A DNA stretch of 64,000 nt from a virus (lineage: Duplodnaviria; Caudoviricetes), in IMG/VR virus record IMGVR_UViG_3300050119_000076, positions 537 through 64,536 of that record; one strand, given 5' to 3'. Below are positions 19,768 to 29,909 of the stretch, in pieces. The notes under the pieces are model-generated. The model had not been told where the DNA came from, made no database searches, and saw only the letters and a list, made by a program, of their open reading frames with translations. Made by a program: the position numbers and the translations under genes. Each line of letters opens with the position of its first letter. Position 1 is the first letter of the stretch.

Positions 19768-20133
19768 TCAGCCGATGACGGGGCCGGACGAACCGGGGAC
19801 CGGAGCGGCCGGAGCTACAGACGGACCAGAAGTGCCAGGACGCTCCGCAACCGGAGCGACTGTCGGATTTGCCTGGGCCTGCGCGGCTGCGAGGTTGAGT
19901 CGGCTAATGGCCTCTCCAACTGCAGCGGCATGCCATGTGGGGTCTAAGGCGGCGGTAATAGCCGCTGTTTCCGTGTTGACGGCCGCGATGAGCGTCGCGA
20001 GGACTGCGTTATGCTGCACATATCCCACCTGATGCGCGGGGTACGTGGGGGCGGGATGTGCTAAGGGAGCTGGATGCGCTAAGGGCGCGCGCGTGGGATT
20101 CGCGGGATTCGCGGGTTGTACTGGATTAGTCAT
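19768..20133 (-). CDS. Pro/Ala-rich hypothetical protein
   Basis: AGGAG RBS; PAN and APLAHP repeats. Confidence 0.55.
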   Translation of the reverse strand: MTNPVQPANPANPTRAPLAHPAPLAHPAPTYPAHQVGYVQHNAVLATLIAAVNTETAAITAALDPTWHAAAVGEAISRLNLAAAQAQANPTVAPVAERPGTSGPSVAPAAPVPGSSGPVIG

Positions 20134-20183
20134 GGTCGTTCTCCTGAGATGACGGGTTCACTATACACGAGTTGCCGCAACAA

Positions 20184-20327
20184 TCAAACTCTGCCGAGCA
20201 ACCAGCAGATGAGTAGGATAATCAGGATTGTACCGAGTATGCCGCCCCCAACAAAGGGGCCGCCTGTTCGGTAGCCGAGGCCGCCGAACATAATAATCAA
20301 CACGATGATGAGTAGGATGAGGCCCAT
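20184..20327 (-). CDS. DUF3309-like small membrane protein (47 aa)
   Basis: Hand translation MGLILLIIVLIIMFGGLGYRTGGPFVGGGILGTILIILLICWLLGRV; AGGAG RBS. Confidence 0.65.
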   Translation of the reverse strand: MGLILLIIVLIIMFGGLGYRTGGPFVGGGILGTILIILLICWLLGRV

Positions 20328-20417
20328 TTCAAAGTGCTCCTACGCCTATACACAGCCCGGCCACAAAACTAATAATGAGGCCGAGCAGTGTAAAGACAAT
20401 CCAAATTGTGATCATTT

Positions 20418-20690
20418 TCAGTTATCGCGGTTGTCACGATGATCGCGGTTGTCACGATGATCGCGGTTGTCACGATGATCGCGGTTGCCACGATGATCGC
20501 GGTTGCCACGATCACGATCGCCACGATCACGATCGCCACGATCACGATCGCCACGATGGCTGTCTCCAAGATGAGGGAGGGTCAGTCCACCATGCCAATA
20601 GGTTTCATGCGCGCTGGCAGTTAGCGTGCTGCCAGCGAATAGAATGCTGGCGAAGGCGAGTGCGACGAGGACGGCTTTGGAACTATGCAT
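20418..20690 (-). CDS. Secreted protein with signal peptide and RGD/RDH tandem repeats
   Basis: AGGAG RBS; ...LTASA|HET signal peptide; RGDRD and RGNRDH/RDNRDH repeats. Confidence 0.65.
   Translation of the reverse strand: MHSSKAVLVALAFASILFAGSTLTASAHETYWHGGLTLPHLGDSHRGDRDRGDRDRGDRDRGNRDHRGNRDHRDNRDHRDNRDHRDNRDN
20424..20557. repeat. Tandem 18-bp and 15-bp repeats
   Basis: ATCGCGGTTG(T/C)CACGATG x~5 then ATCACGATCGCCACG x3. Confidence 0.9.
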
Positions 20691-21195
20691 TAGAATCTCC
20701 TAAGTAGCGGGGTAGTCCACTCAGGCTGTGCTAGGCGCCGCGGCGTGTCAAGTGAAATAACTATGTCAAAATTGAAGCAGCTCGGGAGGCGGCATATACT
20801 ACAAAGTTATCGTAGTTTCTAAAGTTTATGTTTTGGTTATTTTTCGAAATTTTTTGTCGATCCTATATGAGGTACGGTGGACGCGCCCGCGCACGCATAT
20901 ACTAACCCCCAATGGCTAATTGTTAAGGTAAAGAATTTCTCCGAAGGGAGAGCCACTAACCCTAAGTCTTAAGGTTAACCAACTCGATACCTGCGGGCGC
21001 GTATCGGTTAAGGTTAATTCTCAAGCATGTAGCATCGACAGTTCGAGTGGTAGTTGCCTACGTTAATCTTAATACTTTACTATAAGTAACTATCGCATGT
21101 TGTTAACCATATATATTAGTTGATTTCATAGTTCATAGTGATATGTGTACGTGTGTATCGTAATCGATTGAACGACAATGTAAGGAAGAACGATC

Positions 21196-21399
21196 ATGAC
21201 GCGCACTTATAACTGGCCACATGATAATGCGCCGTCCTATCAACCTCGCGACCGCTACGGTGACCTACCACAGCCGGCTTTCCTAGAGCCGGATCTTAGC
21301 GAAGACCTTGTTGGGACAGGCGATATCGCCGCTTGGCGAGAGCGTGACGGCAGCCTGGTTCTGCTAGACCGCGACACTGGCGAAATAACGAGGTTTTAG
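21196..21399 (+). CDS. Small early protein
   Basis: AAGGAAG RBS; followed by a perfect hairpin. Confidence 0.55.
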   Translation: MTRTYNWPHDNAPSYQPRDRYGDLPQPAFLEPDLSEDLVGTGDIAAWRERDGSLVLLDRDTGEITRF

Positions 21400-21409
21400 G
21401 CAACCTAGT

Positions 21410-21444
21410 AACCCGCTGAGTTATAAGGCTAACTCAGCGGGTTT
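21410..21444 (+). terminator. Hairpin/terminator
   Basis: AACCCGCTGAGTTA...TAACTCAGCGGGTT, 14-bp perfect stem. Confidence 0.6.
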
Positions 21445-21640
21445 ACAGAATTATCGAAAAATCGCCAAATGATGTTTAAAACATCATATTACGATTTCTC
21501 AATAATTCCAATGGGTTAGGAGAGTGTGACATAAATGTTAAATTAGTATGCCCATGCAATTGTTAGCAAGTTAGCACTTTGTACAGTGATCGAATTACAC
21601 TGGTTTTCTGTAACGAGATAACTGGCTATTTCCATTGATT

Positions 21641-21814
21641 TAATTTCACTATCCCACATATCCAACTTTTTTAGAGTAAAAACATATATACTGCGCGAGG
21701 CACTGGTTTTGGGAGCCCTGATGTTTAAAACATCAGGAGGCAAAGACATATAAATAAATATAGCTAGGGGCGTCTTTTGTCTGAAATCGTTGGATATGTG
21801 GGATAGTGGAATTA
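21641..21814. repeat. 26-bp inverted repeat centred on a 21-bp palindrome
   Basis: TAATTTCACTATCCCACATATCCAAC (21641-66) / GTTGGATATGTGGGATAGTGGAATTA (21789-814); CCTGATGTTT-A-AAACATCAGG at 21717-37. Confidence 0.9.
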
Positions 21815-21893
21815 GAAGAGCAATTTCAAAGGCTTATATTCAAATAGAAAGAAATTCGTAATCGGTTTATAAACCATACTATGTGAATAGGCC

Positions 21894-21921
21894 TTGACTG
21901 CCAATGAAAACAGCATATTAT
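21894..21921 (+). promoter_or_regulatory. Sigma70-like early promoter
   Basis: TTGACT-16 nt-TATTAT upstream of ATG 21955. Confidence 0.5.
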
Positions 21922-21954
21922 CTAACTCTAGAACGAAAACAGGGAATAAACGAT

Positions 21955-22257
21955 ATGAAAAAGTTTAAAGCGGACTTCCGACTATGCGGTACGGTTTATG
22001 TTTATGCTGAGGATGCGAAGCAGGCTCGTGCGCTGTTTCTCAAGGTCATTGGCTCGCGTGTTCATCCTGGCACTATTGACCTGGGCGACGCGGTAATCCC
22101 GCCGCTTAGTGACCAAGTGTGGCTAGCGCCCGCTCTTACTGCCTACGGTTTCGAAGGCTGCGTACGCGACGCGGGCACGGATCAACCAGTGGCGGATGGC
22201 ACTAGTGCCAGGGTGGAAATCAAGAACTATAGCGAAGCGCGACGCGAACACAGATGA
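21955..22257 (+). CDS. Early hypothetical protein
   Basis: MKKFKADFRLCGTVYVYAED... Confidence 0.55.
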   Translation: MKKFKADFRLCGTVYVYAEDAKQARALFLKVIGSRVHPGTIDLGDAVIPPLSDQVWLAPALTAYGFEGCVRDAGTDQPVADGTSARVEIKNYSEARREHR

Positions 22258-22505
22258 ACCAGTTTGATAGGAGAATGAATATGCCCTACACCTTACAAGC
22301 TGATCGAAACGGAAATATGATAATTTGTCATGATCAGCGCAAGCGTAACGGTTATACGATAATCGCTCGTGGTGGTTACGTTGAAATGATCTTGGCGCGC
22401 GCCATGCGCACAATCAAGAACTACAGCGAAGCGTGACATTCTGGCCTACGGCTCGTAATGGCCGTAGAGCAGAGCGTCAACGCTCTAGAAAGCGAGAAAA
22501 CATCA

Positions 22506-22849
22506 TGGTCGATGAAACATTGTTAGCGCGTCCTCATGTTCGCAAGCTTTACGAAATTACCTTGCCAATCTATGACAACTCCGGCAAGCAAACCGAAACC
22601 GCTCATAATCTTTTCAAGAAAGTCATTCTTGAAACGGTAGGTGGTTATTCGACTAGCTCGGGCTATGGTACATGGCGTGACGAAACCGGTCACATTTACG
22701 AAGACAAAAACATTGTCTATCGTATCGCGTGCGAGTATCATATTTTCGAGAGAGAAATTTTACCGAAGGCATTTGAATTGTTTCCTGACCAGCTCGCAAT
22801 TTTCCATGGCGATGTAGGTTGGGCATGGACAACGGCTCGCGCGAGCTAA
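22506..22849 (+). CDS. Early protein, possibly PII/GlnB-like (ferredoxin) fold
   Basis: YEITLP...VGGYSTSSGYGTWRD...FPDQLAIF pattern. Confidence 0.45.
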
Positions 22850-23184
22850 CTTTTCGGGTCGCCCTATTGAAAGTGAGGATTATTGCGGCCTGCCATTCAT
22901 TCTCAGGCGGATGGCAGTGCGGAATAATCAGTATAAAGGTCTAGGAGTAGGGACAATGAGATATCGCACTTACAAAACACAAGCCGGCGCGGAACGATAT
23001 CGCGAAAAGCTCTGCACAAAGTATCCTGAGCGGCGCGCGATGTTTTATGTCGGGGTTGAGCCACAAAGATTTTGGTTCTGTGTTTATTATCAATTACCGG
23101 ATGGAAGACCGCACCAACTATGTGCGGCTATGTGACATTGCGAGCGCTGTCTCGCGGAATAATCAGTGTAAAGGAAACTTAGGC

Positions 23185-23712
<528 letters not shown>

Positions 23713-24423
23713 TATGCCCTATTTCGCATGGCTAACAAACGATAACGATATGGCCGCGAAGCTTCGCGCAATCGATCAAGCTTATGATCGCGCCAAGGCC
23801 AAAGCCGCGCGTGGTCGTCTCGCTCTCAAGGTTCAAGGCTATCGCGACGCCAAGGCCGCACGCGAAGCCTCAATCGCGGCTCTAATGAAGGAACAAACCA
23901 AATGAGCAAATGGTTAGGAGATCTAAGCGATTACCAACGATATGCGGTGATCGCGGCGATTGCGACATGGTTTGCCCTTCCGCTTATCGCGTTGCTCTTC
24001 CTCTTGTTTGCGTCCTAGGAGCTAACCAAATGAGCGCGACAATTATTGACTTTGTGGCTTATCGTGCGAAGCGCGAGGCGACGACTACCATATGCGAGCG
24101 TGAGCTTGATGACTTGCTGCGGCCCTCCTTTGACCGGTCGCCTATCCCGCCGACACAAGCGCGCGAGTCGCGCTTCATGGGTTTAAGCGCCAATGAAATT
24201 TATAACCTTTTAATGGGCGATAGGGAGAAGAAATGAGCCGCAACTATCAAAATTCCGATGAGTTTCGTCGCGAAGACGCGCGCTTGTTCGCAAGGCTAGA
24301 CGCGCGAAACCAAGCTTTGCGCGCGACATTGGACGCGCTCGATTTGCCACCCTCGCAACAACCGCCTCGGAAATATGACCTAAAGGCAATCGAGCGCGAC
24401 TTGCGCGAGATCATGGAGTCGAA

Positions 24424-25137
24424 ATGAGCGATAACGTATCGATTGAAATCCCGCTTGGCCCACAAGAGCAAAAGGCCGCACAAGCCTTAGCGAAGGCCGC
24501 TGGCAAGAGTTTGTCGGCCTGGGCTCTAAGTGAGCTGCTAGGGCAAACAAGGCGCCAGCGACCCGCTCAGCCTGACTTTCGGACGCTGTATGGGGATATT
24601 AAGCATAGATCCAGGGTTAACGCGGTTTTTGTCTTTTGCACGCGCCACGATAAAGCCAAGCTAGAGCGCGCTGCGCACGCGATAAGCGTCAGAAACTTTA
24701 CGTTTTGGGCGCGGACCATTATCTTATGGACCATCGATCGTGACACGGGGCGACTAGGGCCGATCGTGATGCCGGAGATCGTGGCGAGCTTGACCCTGCC
24801 GGCGAGCATTGCCGCGATAACTGAGCCTGAGACCGTAAAGGCAAGCGCCCTAAGCCTTGCGCGCGGCATTCTAAAAATGTCGTCTAACAATCCAACCGAG
24901 ACAGCCGTTATTGAAAAGATTAAGCGTGGCCTTGCACGCGTGCTGGCCCATGCCGACGAGAGTGGCGAGGCTGAGCTAGGCGTCACAATCCCGTTAAGCA
25001 CGATTGAACTTAGCGATATATTCAACGCGGCGGATAGGCTAGGATTAGAAGTTTCCGCATTCCTCGCAGGCGTTGCGCTCACTATCATCGCGCGACGAAA
25101 CGAGGCGTTGCATCGGACAATCGCGAGCAAGGGATAA
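24424..25137 (+). CDS. Putative DNA-binding protein (tandem RHH-like units)
   Basis: AAQALAKAAGKSLSAW / LERAAHAISVRNFTFWAR / AADRLGLEVSAF repeats. Confidence 0.4.
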   Translation: MSDNVSIEIPLGPQEQKAAQALAKAAGKSLSAWALSELLGQTRRQRPAQPDFRTLYGDIKHRSRVNAVFVFCTRHDKAKLERAAHAISVRNFTFWARTIILWTIDRDTGRLGPIVMPEIVASLTLPASIAAITEPETVKASALSLARGILKMSSNNPTETAVIEKIKRGLARVLAHADESGEAELGVTIPLSTIELSDIFNAADRLGLEVSAFLAGVALTIIARRNEALHRTIASKG

Positions 25138-25349
25138 GTGCGAATGAATGGCGCAAGAGCGCGTGCGAGCACGCCAAAGGAATGGTCCGATAGTCAATAT
25201 CGGCGCGGGTATGCCGCAAGCTCAACCAGGGAAGAGTTAGACGCTAATCCTTATCCCGCCGGCTCGCCCGCCCATAGTGCATGGGTTAAAGGATGGGAAC
25301 AGCATACGGTCAATCTAGCAATCGAGACAATCAAAAGGAATTGGCAGAG

Positions 25350-26078
25350 ATGAAACTTCCCGAATTTCCAGCGCTCAACAAGTGTGAATGGGACTTTTAT
25401 CGGCGTTTCCACTCGCTGGTACATGGTCCATTTGTTCAATTCGACAGTGGCGAGTTAATCATAACTCACGCCAATCCGCGCGACCGGGGCGAATACCGCG
25501 AGTTAGGTTTATCGATCCACCTTGCGAAGGATCCACGTTGCCCGAGGCTAACATCGCCCGTCACTGGCAAAGCAGTCGCGAAAACGTGGTTCCCGCGCGG
25601 GGTAACGCTTTTACTGGATCACGATTTAGGCCGCGCTACACTAGTACGTCGGCTTTATGCTCATACCGGCGATGACGAAGCCGCACCTATCCCCGCGTGG
25701 TTGGATGGTGGCTGCTTCGCCTACTTTCCCGGCGGAGGCTTACCGGCAGTTGGTGGCACGATTTGCTATGACGAGCCGCGCAAGATCGACTGGCCTACGG
25801 AAGCGCACGCGCGCGAGATCCATACGCTTTGCGCAGCGTGGTTCGCCACGCGAGCTAATAAAATGTTTCCGGCGCTTTGCGCAGCGTGGTTCGCCACGCG
25901 AGCTAATAAAATGTTTCCGGCTACATGGGTTATTGAGTGCGATGCGCCGCGCATTGACATACTACAACTAGCGTCCTTGTCGTTTGTCGATCTGAGCGAT
26001 GCCGAGCGGTGGACGATCGCACGCCACGGCGTTGCCCGTCCCGTCGATAAGCGCGAAGTAACGCATCTTTTGTATTGA
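25350..26078 (+). CDS. Hypothetical protein with a 16-aa internal duplication
   Basis: 48-bp tandem duplication at 25825-25920. Confidence 0.55.
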   Translation: MKLPEFPALNKCEWDFYRRFHSLVHGPFVQFDSGELIITHANPRDRGEYRELGLSIHLAKDPRCPRLTSPVTGKAVAKTWFPRGVTLLLDHDLGRATLVRRLYAHTGDDEAAPIPAWLDGGCFAYFPGGGLPAVGGTICYDEPRKIDWPTEAHAREIHTLCAAWFATRANKMFPALCAAWFATRANKMFPATWVIECDAPRIDILQLASLSFVDLSDAERWTIARHGVARPVDKREVTHLLY

Positions 26079-26104
26079 CAAGCGATAATCTCTTGCGATA
26101 AGAT
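26075..26104 (+). promoter_or_regulatory. Promoter upstream of AAA ATPase
   Basis: TTGACAAGCGATAA...TAAGAT; same motif at 28982. Confidence 0.55.
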
Positions 26105-26134
26105 GCACTCATAATTAAATGAAGGAAAACACTT

Positions 26135-27232
26135 ATGGAAGTTCTTTCGCTGCCTCGTGCCCTTGAACTAATCGAGCACGTAGGCTTTCGCCATCGTGAT
26201 CCCGTGTATCTGCAAGGTCAGCCCGGTTGTGGCAAGACTGCGGGCGTAACGCAACTTGCCGCTAAACATAACGCGTTCTTGTGCTCGATACGTTTTGCAC
26301 AATTCGATAGCGTTGACTTGCGCGGCTTTCCGGGCGTCACCGACGGCAAAACCGTTTGGCACGTACCCTCAGTGATGCCTTTCGTTGGCAACGAAGATAA
26401 GTTTCCGACCGATCGACCGATATTGCTTTTCCTGGATGAAATGAACGCTGGTAATCCCGCAGTTCAAGCGGCTGGGATGCAATTACTTAACGAAGGTGGC
26501 ATTGGCGAGCATAAGCTTATGCCGAACGTCGTCACTGTCGGCGCTGGTAATCGTGAGAGCGACCGGGGCATTGCAAACCGTATGCCGACGACAACCTGTA
26601 ACCGCTTGACGTTTGTTGAGGTCGCAATCGACGTAAACGCGTACTGCGAGTATCGGCAAACGAAAGAATGCAACCCAGTCGAGATCGCGTTTTACCAATA
26701 TCGGAAAGAGCTTCTGAACACGTTCCTGGTTCCCGGTCCGGGCGGTAGCGGCTTTCAAGTGACAACGGAGAAAGCCTTTAGCACGCCTCGCAGCGCCGAA
26801 AAAGCGTGGACGTATTATGCCGACGCGAAAATGCCGGAGGATATTAAGCGCGCGGCTATGGCCGGCACTATGGGTATGGGACCGACGATCGAGGCTTTCG
26901 GCTTTATTGAGATATGGCACAAAGTGATCGCCGTCGCCAAGATCCTTGCTGACCCGCGCGGCTGCGCCATCCCGGACGAAGCCTCGATGCAATATGCGAC
27001 GGCGGTTTCTGTGTCCGGCCATATGGCGAAGGGCAACGCTGACCCGCTGCACGCGTATCTAACGCGGATGCCGCCCGAGTTTACGGTCCTAGCTTGGAAC
27101 CTCGCGCTAAAGCGCGAAGAGGCCGCTCATGCTGCTAATCCGAGTATCCCGGAAGGCTTGCAGGAAACTGGCGCTTTCGTTGATTTTGCTAAAAAGTTCA
27201 AGGCGGTTTTCGCCGGGGTCGGTGCCGCGTGA
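26135..27232 (+). CDS. MoxR-like AAA+ ATPase
   Basis: GQPGCGKT, DLRGFP, LLFLDEMN, GAGNRESD, NRL, STPRS. Confidence 0.85.
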   Translation: MEVLSLPRALELIEHVGFRHRDPVYLQGQPGCGKTAGVTQLAAKHNAFLCSIRFAQFDSVDLRGFPGVTDGKTVWHVPSVMPFVGNEDKFPTDRPILLFLDEMNAGNPAVQAAGMQLLNEGGIGEHKLMPNVVTVGAGNRESDRGIANRMPTTTCNRLTFVEVAIDVNAYCEYRQTKECNPVEIAFYQYRKELLNTFLVPGPGGSGFQVTTEKAFSTPRSAEKAWTYYADAKMPEDIKRAAMAGTMGMGPTIEAFGFIEIWHKVIAVAKILADPRGCAIPDEASMQYATAVSVSGHMAKGNADPLHAYLTRMPPEFTVLAWNLALKREEAAHAANPSIPEGLQETGAFVDFAKKFKAVFAGVGAA

Positions 27233-27483
27233 CGGATAACCTCACACGCGCGAGGCGATTGTTTGACGTAGCTCCGACAGGCGCAACGGCGCAACGTCTG
27301 TTGCATATTGGAACGCGCTATGTCAAAGCCGGTCGCTTGTCGCGCGAAACGTTCGATACGCTTATCGTTATTCCCGTGGGTCAATTTCTATTGTCCCAAG
27401 TCGGCATAAGGGCCGAAGAGCCAACAGTCTCCGAGGCCTCGCAAGCCGACCTAGAGCCTATTGATGTTCAGGGAGATAGCTAG
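27229..27483 (+). CDS. Hypothetical protein
   Basis: GTGA-coupled between AAA and vWA genes. Confidence 0.45.
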   Translation: MTDNLTRARRLFDVAPTGATAQRLLHIGTRYVKAGRLSRETFDTLIVIPVGQFLLSQVGIRAEEPTVSEASQADLEPIDVQGDS

Positions 27484-27484
27484 G

Positions 27485-28651
27485 ATGGCGGCGCACGGCC
27501 TTACCCAGATCGAGCGTGTTAAAGGGATCATGCTAATGAAGCATGTTTTCTTCGCGAGCGTGCTTCTTTCAACTCCATTGATCGAAAGCGCCGAACAAGC
27601 GGGCGATACAGCTTGCACGGATATGCGCTCGATTTGGTTTAACCCCGTGTTCATGGCAACCTTGGATGATAGGACCGCGCTATTCGTGCTCGCGCATGAG
27701 ACGGCTCACATTGTCTTGAAGCACGGCCTGCGCAGGGGGCGGCGCCATCCTAAGATTTGGAACAAGGCCGCTGACTACGCCATAAACCTTTGGCTGCAAG
27801 ACTGCGGCTTTAGCGTTTGGAAAGACGCGCTAATCGAAAGCAGTTATCGCGGTCTGCCGGCCGAAGAAATTTACGAGCTTATAATTGACGATCTAAAGAA
27901 CAAGCGCGGTAAGCACTATAGCAAAGACGGTGAGCCTATTTCTATTCCTGGATGCGGGGATGTTAGCGTGGGATACGCCGACGGACTAGGCGATGATCTG
28001 GTGCCGATGCCGCCTATGAGCGATGCCGAGGCCGCGAAGATTGGCCAACAGATAACGCAAAAAATTGCCGCCGCCGCCACAATGCAGCGGCAGTCCGGTA
28101 AAATGCCGGCGGGGTTAGAACGTGTCATAGGTCCGCTACTCGATCCGCAAGTGCCGTGGAATGAATTATTCGCAGCTTACGCTAACAAGGTTGTTTTTGC
28201 GAGCGAGAGCTGGTCCCGCCGTAATCGGCGCTTCGCAGAAATTCTCCCCGGTCGTCATTCGCTTGCTATGGGCGAGCTTGTAGTTATTAATGACTCGTCC
28301 GGCTCAATTCGCGACGCTGAGATCGGCGTGATTGCGTCTGAGCTTAACGCCATTCGTGAGACTGTGAACCCGGAGCGTATGCGTGTAATATGGGCCGATG
28401 ATTGTGAATGCTCTCACGAAGAAGTGTTTGAGCAAAATGAGCCGCTAGAGTTGCATCCTAAGGGCGGGGGCGGCACGGACATGCGCAAGCCGCTTAAGTT
28501 TGTCGAGCAGTATGAGCCTATCATCACGGTGCTAATTACCGACGGTCACACGCCGTGGCCGGCTATCGCGCCGCCGTTCCCGCTGATTGTTTGCTGCACC
28601 ACGGATGAGCCCGTGCCGGACTATGCGGAAGTAGTGAGGTTACGAGCATGA
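27485..28651 (+). CDS. Metallopeptidase (HExxH) plus vWA domain protein (DUF2201-like)
   Basis: TACTD...AHETAH...WNKAADYAIN; MIDAS DSSGS, GGGTD, ITDG. Confidence 0.85.
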   Translation: MAAHGLTQIERVKGIMLMKHVFFASVLLSTPLIESAEQAGDTACTDMRSIWFNPVFMATLDDRTALFVLAHETAHIVLKHGLRRGRRHPKIWNKAADYAINLWLQDCGFSVWKDALIESSYRGLPAEEIYELIIDDLKNKRGKHYSKDGEPISIPGCGDVSVGYADGLGDDLVPMPPMSDAEAAKIGQQITQKIAAAATMQRQSGKMPAGLERVIGPLLDPQVPWNELFAAYANKVVFASESWSRRNRRFAEILPGRHSLAMGELVVINDSSGSIRDAEIGVIASELNAIRETVNPERMRVIWADDCECSHEEVFEQNEPLELHPKGGGGTDMRKPLKFVEQYEPIITVLITDGHTPWPAIAPPFPLIVCCTTDEPVPDYAEVVRLRA

Positions 28652-28981
28652 CGTGGATCGCGGTTTTGACTTTCCTTCTGTGGATGTCCCCTACATGGGC
28701 CGGCGAGCGGTATGCCATGGCGCAGGATGCTTATGAGCAGATGCGCACGAAACTCAAGGAGCTACGCAAATGACTGGCAGCGGATTTCGTGGGCGCGGCT
28801 CGCGATTAGTTACACTACAACAACGTCACTTTGAGTTAATTGCGGAGATGGTCGCGACGCTCGCGACGCTGGCATGGGATGATCGCGCCAAAGTTGCGCG
28901 TCACTTCGCTATCCGCCTTCGGGGAACAAATGAAAATTTTGACGAGCCGCGCTTTTTGGAAGCGTGCGGCGTGGAAAGATA

Positions 28982-29012
28982 TTGACAAAGCGATAACTTC
29001 TAGTAGTATGCT
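28982..29012 (+). promoter_or_regulatory. Promoter upstream of DUF3150-like gene
   Basis: TTGACAAAGCGATAA...TAGTATGCT. Confidence 0.55.
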
Positions 29013-29050
29013 ACATCATCGAAAACGAATAAACCAAGGGAGCCAAATCA

Positions 29051-29908
29051 ATGAGTATCGCAACGAACGCAATGGTTGTAAATTTGCAGATATGCGCGTG
29101 GCAGGGCTCTAAACTTGACCGGAGCAAAAGCACCGCTGTTACGGCCGAGGCCGGTGCCGAAAAAGATGCGGCGAACGTAAACAAGCATCTTGTCTCCCGC
29201 GATGATCTGAAGAAGCTCAACGCCGCCGCCGGCGCGCTACGGCTGCACTTCTATAGCCGTACGCTGCCTTGGAAGGATAACGGCGATCGGCTTCTGCCGC
29301 GCAAGGCCTATATTAAATTCATGGGCGAGCATGGCGCGCTGGTGGAAGTGTTCGAGACTGAGGCACAGGACTTTATCGATAGAGTGTACCCGGCTGCACG
29401 CGACCGCGCTGCGTTTCGCATGGGCGATATGTTCAAAGATGCCGATTACCCTGAGCCCCAGGCGCTTCGCGAAAAGCTTTATGTCAAGCTTGACATAGAC
29501 GCGGTTACGACCGCCTCTGATTTTCGCGTGGACATGGATGCGGATCGTTTGGATGCCATCAAGGGAAGCATCGAACAGGCCATGACATCACGCCTACAGC
29601 GTGCGGCGCGCGAGCCATGGGAACGCGTCTCGGCGGCCCTAGAGCGTTTCATCGAGCATCTGCCGGCCGATCGCGTGCTCCAAGCTCGCACCGTTGAGAG
29701 CTTGGCCGAGCTTGCTGAGACGCTGCCGGCCCTCAATATCACCAGTGACCCGGAGATCGACAAGCTCTGTGAGCGTATCACACAGCTACTTTCGGGGGTT
29801 GACTTGAAGGCGGTTCGCGCGGATGGTGCCGCCCGGTCACATATCAAAGAACAAGCCGACGCTATTATGACCGACTTATCAGGATTTATGGCGGCAACGA
29901 GGAATTAA
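29051..29908 (+). CDS. DUF3150-like protein
   Basis: WQGSKLD...NKHLV...TLPWKDNGDRLLP...FKDADYP...LNITSDP. Confidence 0.6.
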   Translation: MSIATNAMVVNLQICAWQGSKLDRSKSTAVTAEAGAEKDAANVNKHLVSRDDLKKLNAAAGALRLHFYSRTLPWKDNGDRLLPRKAYIKFMGEHGALVEVFETEAQDFIDRVYPAARDRAAFRMGDMFKDADYPEPQALREKLYVKLDIDAVTTASDFRVDMDADRLDAIKGSIEQAMTSRLQRAAREPWERVSAALERFIEHLPADRVLQARTVESLAELAETLPALNITSDPEIDKLCERITQLLSGVDLKAVRADGAARSHIKEQADAIMTDLSGFMAATRN

Positions 29909-29909
29909 A

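Larger units (their letters stand above)
20700..21900. promoter_or_regulatory. AT-rich divergent control region (candidate origin/terminus)
   Basis: Strand switch of gene arms, low GC, palindromes, three TTAAGGTWAA motifs. Confidence 0.6.

Noticed and set aside
20424-20557. CRISPR array
   Set aside because: Contiguous tandem units without unique spacers; the Cas4-like gene is a typical stand-alone phage nuclease
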